Shown: positions 12,801-23,754, counted from the stretch's first letter. The stretch: 46,817 nt of DNA from Selaginella moellendorffii (GCF_000143415.4 NW_003314300.1:501471-548287), one strand, 5' to 3'. Notes: generated by a model from the sequence alone, not told the origin. Made by a program: numbers and translations.

Positions 12801-14833
12801 GAGTCGGAAGCAGGTGACCCACCCGCTATTGCGTTGAAGACCCAGCTGAGCATTTCCCATGCTGCACCTGGAGCTTTCTCTGGATTCGAAAGCTCCATAG
12901 CCGTCTTCAGTTCCTCAGGCACAGGTAAATTGACCTCCCTCAGATCAATTCAATCGGCCTTGTCGAACGAAGCTGGGAAGTCACTCCAGTCCCACTCTAC
13001 TGTAGGACCAATAACAAGGGCGAGTGTGAAGATGTGGACATTCGTCGGTATCTTCTTCTTAACCATTATCCCATGGATCTCCTGCATCTCCTTGCCTTTC
13101 AACCGAGCCTTCACCTCGTTCAAGGCCTTCCAGAACTTGTGATAGGATTCGGAGTCGTAGATCATATAGTGGACTGAAGATTCCACCTCCGCAAGTCCCA
13201 CCATTAAGTCAATGATGGAGCTGACTTCGTCTGCATGAGTGATCTCCTCGTTTGTGAAGTCCATCACACAAAAGATGTTCTTGACTTGCTCATCTCCGCG
13301 GGAAACGATGCTCCTCCACCTTTGATCCTCATCCGAATTCACGTATACCCGGTAAGGTTCTCGATAGGCCTCTGCTGCGGGGTCGAGCTGTTTCTGAAGC
13401 CGGCGGTCGACATCCCTCTTAATGAAATTTGGATACTGATCCAACTTCTCAACTTTACTTTTCATGGCATCCCGCAGCAGATCGATGAACTTGGGGGCCC
13501 CCTTCACGTACTCGTCGATGTCTTCATTTGACAACTCCAGCTCTTCCATCATCTCTTGCGTGGTGTCGATGCTCACCCTCTCCACGGCCACTTGCTCGAA
13601 GATCCAATCCTTCAATAGCGCACAAGCTCTCAGAGTCGTGCACAAGTCCTTGTATGTCACAATATGGCCGGGAGTCATTTTGGTCTTGTTGAAGACTACC
13701 TCACCACGTAGAAGAGCATTAGCCACTGTCAGAAGGTTGTTGTCGTCTAGAGACTACGAGAAACGCAAGGCGTTGAGCTTCAAATCATTGGGCTTCCGGC
13801 CGTCCTCCACACCCATTGAGTTTAGCAACTCCCCGTCATGGTACCTCCTCAGCACATCTACCCATTTGTCAAAAACAACTTTTGTCGCAAGTAGAATGTT
13901 ATGGATGATGAGTGTGTCATTGACCCCCAGTGTTTTCGAGAGAAGACTCGAGAATTCCTGCAATGGAAATGGCGTGAGGCCACATGCTATGCCACATGCA
14001 ACGAGGCTTACCTGCCAAGTGCTAGTTGCTAGTGCACGTCCTTGTCCTAGTTTTTGTGGCTTCTTCAGTTGAACCCAGAGCTTCCGTGTTCGTGCCAATG
14101 TCTCGTGCAGACCCGATTTGTAACACGTTTCTTGCTTGACATTCTACGCGTGGGAGATAGATATGATAGATCGGAGGGGCAAGTTGCCTTTTATCAGGCG
14201 GACAACTCTTGTCTTGAAGACTTTCTTCACCTCCTCGCCCACCATAATATCCACAACTATCTCTTGCATCGCCAAGCTAGAATGCTGCCCGGAGACGGCA
14301 TAGAACCGGATGTTCTGATCGTCCAACACCTTCCTATTGATCAAGTCTGGAAACCTCGTCTTGCCCTTCATTGTTCAGTAGTAGGGGATCATGTCTGCGA
14401 TGTCGGGTGTTACTGGACTTGCCAGCATCTTCTGCTTCAGTTTCTCCACCCACTCATCAGATACTAGCCTGTGGTTGTATTTGCTTTGGATGTCGATACG
14501 GCTCACGTCGATTGTATATACTTTGTTGGAATAGTAACAAGTACTATTATCTGCAACGATTTTTGCTGCCTCTTCTTGCTCTTTCTGCTCTTTGCGGCTC
14601 TTCTTTTTGGTGGGTGTAGTGTTCGAACCCGAGGCAATGGCATCACCGAGTAGCTTCTTTTTTGGACCAGGAGAGTCGGACGTCGGCTTGAGCTTGACCA
14701 CCCTTTTCTGCTTCGGGGTAGTTTCCAAATCGACCCCTTTCCCCTTCGCTTTGCGAACTGGAGGCACTCTCAACGGCTCAATGTTGGAATATAGTTTTTG
14801 AACATCGCCGTAGGTGAGGTCTGTGGATTCCAT
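9862..14833 (-). pseudogene. Spliced transposon accessory gene: ParB/Srx-like N-terminus, possible MTase-like fold, acidic tract, C-terminal FCP1/NIF-like HAD phosphatase (about 1520 codons, 5 premature stops; 5' end uncertain)
   Basis: GT-AG introns at 14011-13958, 12633-12584, 12496-12441, 12368-12320, 11635-11579, 11563-11515, 11406-11360 and 10771-10725 join the minus-strand ORFs into one frame (4563 nt). Motifs: IDVSRIDI..YNHR.VSDEWVEKLK and FYAVSGQHSSLA (ParB-like); CIVFDLNGVL, LGVWTS and ILIIDDSPIK (HAD/FCP1-like). In-frame stops at 14375, 14144, 13754, 12950 and 11883. Confidence 0.7.
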
Positions 14834-15971
14834 GTGATCTTCACAGACCCGCAGCGTCTTTGAAATTGTGGGCCTCCTGGACAACCTCTCCCTAGCTCCC
14901 TCTAGGAATTCCTCATAGCTGCTAACCCCTCCGGGAAGCTGCTAGGATGTGCAAGGTGGATCTTGAAGGCGGACGCTGTCTCTACCACAAGTGCCAATCC
15001 ATATTCTTGCATGGAACTGCATGGAGTGTCTGTCACTTGGATGAGGATCCCCATGCATTCTTTTCTCCCACCATCTGTGTTGTACAGCCCAGTGGGCTGC
15101 GTGTGGGTGGCGGAGTGGGCGGCGGAGTTGGCGGCGAAGTTACAATCTGGGTGTGTCTTGAAGTGGACGCCGATGCACACGAGCGCGATGCGAGCGCAAG
15201 TGTGATGCAAGCGCGAGTGGATGCCGATGCACACGAAAAACCTGTAGAGAAGGTAGATGAGCGCGAATGTGAGCGTGATCGCGAATGGGAGCGTGAGTGT
15301 GCGAGCGCAAGTACGATGCAAAACCTAACCTCACACGCGCGAAATGTCACGACGGTTGGTAATCCCGCCACGTCATCATTCCTCGGACTTGGGCGCCACC
15401 ATTAATTTCTGGATCGCCGCGCACATGCATGCACGTGAAATCCAAAAGAAATCCGCAACGTCATCATTCCTCGGACTGCATGCACGCGAAATCCAAAAGA
15501 AAGATCATGATTGGGATATCATTTAATACCCTCGCTATATTTATACCATGCATGATTGGATATTCCAAAGCATCTTGTATTTCCAAAAATGCCAGATGTT
15601 CAGCTAAATAAAGAATGGTATACAATGTCCTTCTTGATGACCCTGCAAAGAAGCATCTCGATCGGACACCACATGAGACCACACGAGCCTTACAATGTTT
15701 CAGGGGCATTTGCCATAGATCCGACCGTTATTTTGCTCCAAGATTTTACAGTTTGGTGTGCATTGACCTTTCCATCGAAACTGCAAAGGGACATCACAAT
15801 TAGATGCGAGATCACAAGAAACTAACTTCACTAACTCTGGTTTCACCAAGATCTACGTAAGGAGTTATGAAATGAAAGGACCCTCTCTATTGAAATGTGT
15901 TTATGGTCCTGACATATCAAAGGATTTTGCATCAAGTTCTGTATTTGCATGTTTATCAAGCTACTGAATTG

Positions 15972-15991
15972 CTAAACCCTAAACCCTAAAC
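15972..15991 (+). promoter_or_regulatory. Telo-box / short plant telomeric repeat (CTAAACC x about 3) in the divergent intergenic region
   Basis: CTAAACCCTAAACCCTAAAC lies between the two head-to-head transposon genes. Function is inferred only. Confidence 0.45.
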
Positions 15992-16850
15992 ATGTGGCAA
16001 ATGTTGCGTGAAGAAAGATGCCCTTTCTGGGCAAATGCTGTAAGAGGCAAATGCCGAGCAGATGTATCTCAGGCTAGCGAAGGGGACAAACGAAAGCTAG
16101 CTATAAACATGATGGGATGCAAATAGATTACTAGGCTGGTCCTACGAAAATCAAAAACCATAATTGAAAACATTGAAAATGCAAAAAGAAAGGTTTATAA
16201 TATTTTTGAATTTTAAGCAACCAAAGGAATGTAAGTAGGGCATGTGTTTGTAAGTTTAAAAATGCCTCAACCACTTAAATTCCCAAGTAAATAAAGCTAT
16301 TTCTATTTTTGGTACAGGTAAACTTTATAGCGTGTGGGCTCATGCAATTTTGAACCCAAAAATGCACCAAAAAATGCTCGACTAGCATTATTCTTTGAAT
16401 GGCGTGTGGCCTTATATTGCCATAAATGGACGTACACACACAGCATAATTATTCCTTTACACGGCGAATAATCTTGGCGCGGATCGCTGACATGGCATGG
16501 CAAAGTTCGAATCACTGACATGGCACAGCTGGATCGAGGCAAGGACATGATGTGACAAAGTTCAACCTCCGACAGCAAAGTCTAGAAGCTACTCAGTTTG
16601 AAATTTGTCAGAGGAATCATAAGATCTGGTTTGTCAGAGGATTTGATGTGACGTTCAAGCGTGTGTTATTTTTGAATTCTTGAACTCATTCCTAGGTCTA
16701 TCATTTTTGTGCGCCGTGTTCTTGGTTCCGCTGAGCACAGTGAGCGCTGCTTGTGTAAGCGGCGTTGTGGGCTGTGGTTTATGCGTCTATGAGCGGTTGC
16801 GGCATTGCGAGCGCCATTGCGAGCGGCAGTTTATGCGAGTGGCAGTTTGT

Positions 16851-16920
16851 GCGAGCGGCGCTACGAGCAGTTGCGGTGTTGCGAGCGGCGCTACGAGTAG
16901 TTGCGGTGTTGCGAGCGGCA
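16851..16920. repeat. GC-rich 30-bp tandem repeat (2.3 copies) upstream of the transposase
   Basis: GCGAGCGGCGCTACGAGYAGTTGCGGTGTT x2 plus a partial copy. Confidence 0.85.
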
Positions 16921-17233
16921 CTGTCTTTGGTGTGGCTACCGCTTCCTCTCCATATTTAGAAATGGCATGAGGCCACATGCCATCTTGGGCCCTTGAAATT
17001 TCATGGCTAGCGTATTGTCATGTATGTTATTAGTCGCCTGCAGCTGTGTGTATATCATGATGGCATGAGGCCTCATGCCAATTTTGTGAATGCGAAATTT
17101 CACGTGGGTGTCAATAGCATGTTTGAATAATGGCATGTGGCCTCATGCTATTGAGGTTGTTTGCTATGTTATGATTTAGGCCATTCTCCAATCATTTTTT
17201 GTATGGTCTTAACTTCTTTTCTGCACTTTCAGA

Positions 17234-20132
17234 ATGGCCTCCGGAAGTGCGACGCATGTTCCCTCCGTGGATCTTAAGAACCGTGCTACATGGATTCAGG
17301 CAAAGGTGTTTCTAAACAACCCCGAGGGGGAGGTGGTAGCTGAGGGCTTAGCCACAGTTGTCGATCCAAGAGATGCGGTTGCTAATCAAGAATTGGGCTG
17401 GGATGATATTGGAGTTGCGATTTTAGAGGTTGTTGACACAGAAGAAAACAGTCTGACTATTGGAAGCATTGTGCGGTGGAAATTGAGGCACTTAGTGTTT
17501 GAGAATGTGAAGGATTCACAATCAAACACCACTACAACTGATGATAGAACATCTCTTCATGGGAAAAGAAAGTACACCTTCCTAAAGCGCAGCCAAAGGG
17601 ATCTGAGCAACGAACCGAAAAGGCAGAAAATGGCGATGGAGGTTCGAATGGTCTCGACAGTTGCTTGTTGCAAGAGGAGGTGCTGTCAACATGCTGATTG
17701 GGATGCTATTGAAGAGGAGAGAGCAAGATACAAAACATTGTCCTGGAAGGCAGCTCGCAATTTTGTGTATGAGGCATTACGGTCATCTGTTGATGCTTCA
17801 GAACATCAGGTGGGGGGCATGGTCTTCCAGAGGGGTTTGGTCTGCATGAAGGCATGGAGAATCATTTATGGAGTCCCTCGAACCACATTCTACAGAATCA
17901 AAACTGAGTTCGAGGAACAAAGGGTTCAACAGGCAGTCCATGGGAACAACGGTACTCACAAAACCATGGGTCATATTGTATATGGAGAGGCAATCTTCAA
18001 GAGGTTTGTCGAGACATATAGCGAGCAGCAACCACATAAAACCCACCTCTTGGAAGATGGAACTCGAGACACCCAACGAGTTCTCCCTTCCATATATACC
18101 AAGGGGGCCATAATGGAAGATGTGAATCGGGAACTCCAGAGTAATGGCTACAGGAAGCTGAGCCAATCTAGATTTAGTAGATTGTGGAGCAACAGGTTCA
18201 GGGATGTGAGTATAGGAAAGTACTCCAGCTTTTCAAAGTGTGACGAGTGCACTGCTATCAAAATGGCTTTGTCGAAGAATTCTTGCATCGCTCAAGAGCG
18301 AGAGACGTTGGTTAGAAGGCGGCTCGACCACAACATCGAGCAGAGAAGCTGCAGGACTGCATATTATCATAACAGGATTCTCTCCATGGAGAGACCTGAC
18401 TCTTACCTCTGCATCATCCACGACAAAATGGACCAGAAAAAGACGTGCTTACCTCGACTCAATCCTGCCCCCAAGGCAATCTCTTCATCCATGCAGCTGC
18501 CTGTGTCTCTGTTTGGCATAATCGCTCATGGGCATGGTGCCCAGAACTATGAGAACTTCTTTGTACCTCTATGGGGTGGCGGGGGTGCAAACATGATGAT
18601 TGCGTCCCTAGCAAAACACTTAAGGTCTCTGCAAAGTGCGCAGACTGAGCTGAACGGCCAACCCTTGCATAAGGCCCTTGTCGATCGAACCCCATACAGG
18701 GTTCAGCTGGAGGAGGAGCAAAGGCTTGTAGTATCGCGTGGGGCCCCATGCCATCCCAGTGAATATGTTGGCTGTCAGATTGTAGGGTTATCACGTGAGG
18801 CCTCATGCCATTCCGACGAGGCTGGTCGCCCGGTAAATGCACAACCTCATCCAAATGAAGCAGAATCTCAAGGAAGTTCTTGCGGCCGATGTGGCCTTCC
18901 ACCCCATCTTCTGCTCCAAACAGACAATACTGGCAGTGAGAACAAAAATATGTACGTCTTCGTGTACTTGGCGATGCTTGTTGCCAAAGGCATATTTGAA
19001 ACGGTTACACTTGGCTTTCTCATGGTTGGGCACACTCATGAAGACGTCGATGCCATGTTCAGTCACCTGGCAGAGTCCCTCTGGCGATCCAATGTCCTCA
19101 CCCTCCCACAACTCTACGATGAATTCCAAAATTGCATCAAAGGCACTGTTGAAGCTGCACTTGTGACAGAGGTTCCAGACTTTAAGGGGTTTGTAAGAGG
19201 CTACATCAGGGATGGATCCGAAACGCTGATTGGCCACTCCAAGCCTCTTCAGTTTCATTTCAGCATGTGTGACGGTGCTCCAGTGATGAGGTACAAGATG
19301 AGAGAATGGGACACAGTGTGGCTGCCAATGGACGGCATTGAACTCTTCAAGAGAGATCCCATAACTGGGGAACCTATGATTCCTCAGGGTTCCCCACGGC
19401 CGATGCACCCGAATGGACTCAAAGACTAGGAAAGTATAGTGGCCGGGATTAGACAACATATTGCCTTCTAGAAGAGGGGGTTGGTGTTTGGTGGAGAATC
19501 CTATTTTCAGAGGTGCAATCCTTTGATCAAATACTGGGAGAAGATTATATCTGCTATCCAAAATGGGCCGGTTGTATATAAAGAATTGGAAGAGTCCTTT
19601 TGGCCAGAACCCAGAGCACTAGATAGTAGCAGAACAATGTCCTCTGGAAATGCAGTGACAGATAACGATGTTGAGGATCACTATTGTGGGCCGAGGAACA
19701 AGAAGCCGGATTCAGCATTCAATCCAGTACAGGTTTGCAAAGGAATGGTCGTGCTTGTCAGACCTAGTAATAAAAAACAAATGATATGGGTGGGGCGCTG
19801 CATCACTGATGTAGAGGAGGACGCGGAAACTAACTCCTTCAATGTAACTGTGGAGTGGTTCAAGCCAAGTTCCGGATATACGAAGGATTGCCTAGAAAAG
19901 AGATGGGTGCTGAATCCAAGGGATCCCAGCATGAGCATATCGGTGGATAATGTTGTGCATGGTTGGATGCGGAAGCAGAGTGCCACCATCACCTTGCCAG
20001 ACCATGCAAGAGATGCAGCAAGAGCATTCATAACCCGGGTTCAAGGTGAGATTCATTAATATTCCTTTACTAAGTTTCTAATGTATTTTATTTCAAGGTG
20101 AACAATCCGAATCTGAATCAGAGGAGGCATGA
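17234..20132 (+). pseudogene. DUF7869/Sola-like DDD/E transposase (about 950 codons, two premature TAG stops)
   Basis: Motifs in order: CCKRRCC; VCMKAW..IYGV.R.TFYR (HTH-like); FSKCDEC; HDKMDQKKT; LQTDN.GSENKN; FLMVGHTHEDVDAMFS. The stops at 19427 and about 19469 are CAG and TGG in copy 1. A terminal 52-bp intron at 20046-20097 is followed by GEQSESESEEA*. Confidence 0.85.
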
Positions 20133-20772
20133 TGGCATGTGGCCTTACGCCATTCCTAGGTGAGATGATACAAATAACAAGTATAAATTCTTAGTTGTTC
20201 TAGCAAATCTTACTTAAAGTTCAAGGTGAACAAACCGAATATGAATTCATCAGATTGTTATAACAAATTGCGAGGTGATGGCATGAGGCGATACGCCATT
20301 TGAGAGTGGTAGCCATTCCTATATGAGGTGAGTGAAGTATTTATTAGAAATACCTCATTCAATTGTGCACTTCTAAGTCTTGGTCCACTCAGTACTGTTT
20401 GCATGTTTTTATTTTAATTCTTTCTCTAAAATGTTATTTAGCATGTGGCTTCATGCCATTGCTCTCCACAATCATGCATTGAATTTTTTTATCCTTGCAT
20501 AATACTTCTCCATATATATAGCATGTGCGCACATGTGATATGGTTCATTAGGCCTGATATAGTGTGTGAGGTAAAACAAAGATGATGTGACATATGCATT
20601 TACCAATCACACGTGTATAAATTTAATAATATGGCATGTGGCCCATATTAATGGCACATAAACCCATATTGTGGGCTTACATGCTTTATGTACCATCATT
20701 CCCTTGCAGCGTGTGTGTTGGTTTCCTTTTATAACACAACGAACTCCATATTTTAGGGTGAAGAGCATTCTC

Positions 20773-21030
20773 ATGGCAAGCACAAAATCTGTAAGTGAGG
20801 CAGAAAAGGAGACGGAGAAGGAGATAGGTGAAGATGTAGAATATATAAGTCTTCCAAACTCCCCGTACTATACTCCAGGTGATCATTTTTCTGAACAAAC
20901 GGCAACATTAACAACTATCGAGAACGCCCCAGTAACGTCAGAGACAATAATCCAAAGCAAAACAACTAACCCGGAGAAGGATGATAGTACCGCTGAGAGT
21001 ACCAAAAAGGAGGTGTCCACTAGCGCTTAG
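20773..21030 (+). CDS. Small acidic ORF (85 aa), element-internal, unknown function
   Basis: Open in both copies (see 3100-3357). Confidence 0.3.
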   Translation: MASTKSVSEAEKETEKEIGEDVEYISLPNSPYYTPGDHFSEQTATLTTIENAPVTSETIIQSKTTNPEKDDSTAESTKKEVSTSA

Positions 21031-21666
21031 GCTTATAATGGCGTGTGCCCTCATGCCATTTACTTGATCACCAAATACTTTTTTCCCTTTGCACTAGTAT
21101 ATCTTAATACCGGTCTGAGAAATAGAATGGCATGTGCCCTCAGGCCTTTTACTAAATCACCTTTGAAAGAAATGCAAGCCTTTATGTCGTAAAAAAAAGG
21201 TACTAGAGAAATTCCTTAATAATATGAATGTTATTTAGTTTCATGAAAATACACTAAGGGTCAAATGAGTTAAATGACTTCTCCAGACTAGCAATGCCTC
21301 TTGCTACACCTTCACAATTAGATTCGTTAGAAAAAGATAACATTGAATAATATCTAAATGTTCTCACTATTAAGTTATATGTTTGGCTAATAGGAATGAC
21401 GTTCATCTTGGAAAGCTCACCACACGCTCAATGAACAAACAAATAGTGTGTGCGCGCATGCCATCGCTCTTCTTTGGCTTCAGATTCGGCTTGTTCACCT
21501 TGACAATGAGATTTATTATACAACCAGATGGACTCAGTCTGGACACAAAGTCACCGCGCTAGTCACCATGCCCGAGATATGTCTAGCCCCTGGACAAAAA
21601 ACATATAATTTCACGTCATTTTCAAATACTTGAAAATTTGTACTTAGTCCCATTTTACTGAATAAA

Positions 21667-21688
21667 TCCCACTTTAACGAAATAGAGC
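21667..21688 (-). repeat. Right TIR
   Basis: TCCCACTTTAACGAAATAGAGC. Confidence 0.85.
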
Positions 21689-22949
21689 TTATCCCACCGT
21701 AGTCACAAAAAGTGAGTAAAGCTTTTTCTACCTATACTCACGTTCTTGCCTTTATCTGCAAAACAGTGATAAACAAATAAAGACAAAAATGTAGAGAAGA
21801 GAAGAGAAGAAGAATGAGAAAAGAATAAAAGAGGACTCACCCTCAAACCCCAAAGGCATAAATATGGATAAGTATATATCACTTTTTCAACTCTACTTTG
21901 CACAAATAGTCATAAAGGGGAGAAAATATAGTTAATTTAATGCAAATGCATACAACAATGAGTGGGGTTGGATTCCAGCACGTCTAAGTGTTATTTGTAT
22001 ACTATATGATTTTATAACTGTTTCTACGCTTGTCTATGATAAATGTTGCCTAAGTTGGGTGTTTCTTCTTTAGATGTCTAAGTTTATGCGTAACTCTATT
22101 TTGTCTAAGCTTCCTTCTTTTATTTTGCCTAGGAAGATACTTAAAATTAAATATTTACCTTTTCAAACAATACTATGAAATATCACATCTTCCACTTGTA
22201 ATTGCAATTTTCTATTGGAGATAATTTTGTTTCAATGGAGGTTAATGTTAATGTTGCTTGTGTTCAAAGATAAAGTTGAAAACGTGGTTATGATATTTGT
22301 TATTGGACGTGTAATGAGATTGGCCACACATATCAACATTATTAGCATTTCTTGGATTAGCATCTTCCATTTCTTGAGTGGAGAGGTGGGCGTTAATAAT
22401 GTCTTGTAATGCTGCAGTTAATTCATTATTGAAGTAGAAGAATTTGGTTGGTCATACTACTCGATGCACTTTGAAGTTTAAAATAGATAACTTTGAGATC
22501 TATAGCTAATGCTAATGCTTTTTTTGAACTCCTCTCCCTTTTCGTGTTCTCAACAAGTCTATTCTTTTAGCATTAATGAATTTTATTTTATAAATAAGGA
22601 TTTTATACCATTGGCAATTATTGTACTTAATGTTTAGTGTCCACAAAGTGTAGAGCTAAAATTATTTTCTCTTGATAGGATTTATGAGGCTCAAAGATTG
22701 AACTGTGGATTCAAAAGTTTCATTATAGATTTAAGAATTCTACATCTTTTATTAATGACTTGCTATTTCAGTATTTATATTCTTAATATTACTTTAAGGA
22801 TAACTTTCTTTACTTTATGGGGATTGCTTATATGACCATTTGTAGTTGGTTGTGTTTTTTATTTTGATTTTATATTTTCTCTATGTTTACCATGACTCTT
22901 CTGTTCTAGGTGGGTATTATGGGATATCATCGTATGATTCTCTCTGTAT

Positions 22950-23754
22950 CTAACACCTACATGCAAAATGGTGTCATACAATGTTTAGCATAATTTTGGC
23001 ATACCAATGGTACCCCACAAGATAAAGTAATATAGAGTTTGGGCTTAGACCCAAGCCAAATGCAGAACAACAACACAGCCCAATAGAAGCTAAACTGGTG
23101 TCTTAAATGGTTAAACATGCATTCCAACCACTATCCTTTTTATACATTGGAACCCCCCCATAACCCCCTATAACATTTCCCCCCCCCCCCCCCTGCCCCC
23201 CCTGAGGAACACTTTGAGCTTTCACCTTTAACCACCCTTAGTACCAAGAGTTAAACACTGGAACAATCAAGAAATTTATTAAATATGGAATGGCACTAAA
23301 TTGCAAATTTGGACATGGGATCAACACCATTATGTTCAAGGCAATCTCTACATTTCATAAATATGTCAAATTACTTAAACTAGACACTTTTTATAAATAG
23401 CTATTAGAATTGGAACAAAACTAATACAAAGGGCGTATGATAAACTATCATATAGTGATATTGACGGACTAAACTTAATATGCAAAGGTTCTTGCCAAGC
23501 TAGTGCAAGACAAAACAAAAGAGAACTAACAAGCTAAGCCAAGTATGCTTGGCTAAATAGACACTTAGAAATTCCTTCCTTATGCTCTTCCGGCTAAGTA
23601 CAAATACTAAGTCCAATTTATTAATATTTGGACAAAAGGGGTTGATAAAAGAAATCAGTAGTACCAACTTCTTGCCATCATAGTAGTAAGGAGACAGTGT
23701 CCATAAAGACTAGCCAATAAATATCTTTTGATACCCAAAATCACATTCATGACA
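22950..23754 (-). mobile_element. Diverged truncated/solo LTR of the same family as 36892-38015
   Basis: Colinear similarity with about 37170-38015 (TTAGACCCAAGC, poly-C tract, TAAATATGGAATG..CTAAATTGC.AATTTGGACA, ending TCACATTCATGACA). No internal sequence follows. Confidence 0.7.

Larger units (their letters stand above)
9806..21464. repeat. Dispersed 22-bp palindrome family ATGGCRTGWGGCCWCAYGCCAT (about 21 copies in this element)
   Basis: Copies start at 9806, 10883, 10958 (perfect palindrome), 12329, 12470, 13969, 16327, 16399, 16962, 17060, 17130, 18733, 18790, 20132, 20278, 20438, 20518, 20631, 21038, 21127 and 21443. Orthologous copies in the first element start at 1062, 1119, 2461, 2607, 2767, 2845, 2958, 3365, 3454 and 3770. 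Confidence 0.9.
9422..21688 (+). mobile_element. Full-length 12.3-kb TIR DNA transposon with transposase plus a large divergent accessory gene
   Basis: 22-bp TIRs GCTYTATTTCGTTAAAGTGGGA (9422-9443 / 21667-21688). The right end is confirmed by the independent copy ending at 4015. It contains a DDD/E transposase. No perfect TSD is visible. Confidence 0.85.

Noticed and set aside
9806-21464. Palindromic 22-bp repeats as a CRISPR array
   Set aside because: Spacing is irregular (57 bp to more than 2 kb), copies sit inside introns and exons, there are no cas genes, and the context is eukaryotic.
9418-21692. Target-site duplication for the 12.3-kb element
   Set aside because: The flanks TCAA and TTAT do not match, so no TSD is claimed.
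22972-23754. Complete solo LTR with TGTCAT...ATGACA ends
   Set aside because: Homology to the 37-kb LTR continues upstream of 22972 and the flanks (AATGG/GAAGT) are not a TSD.
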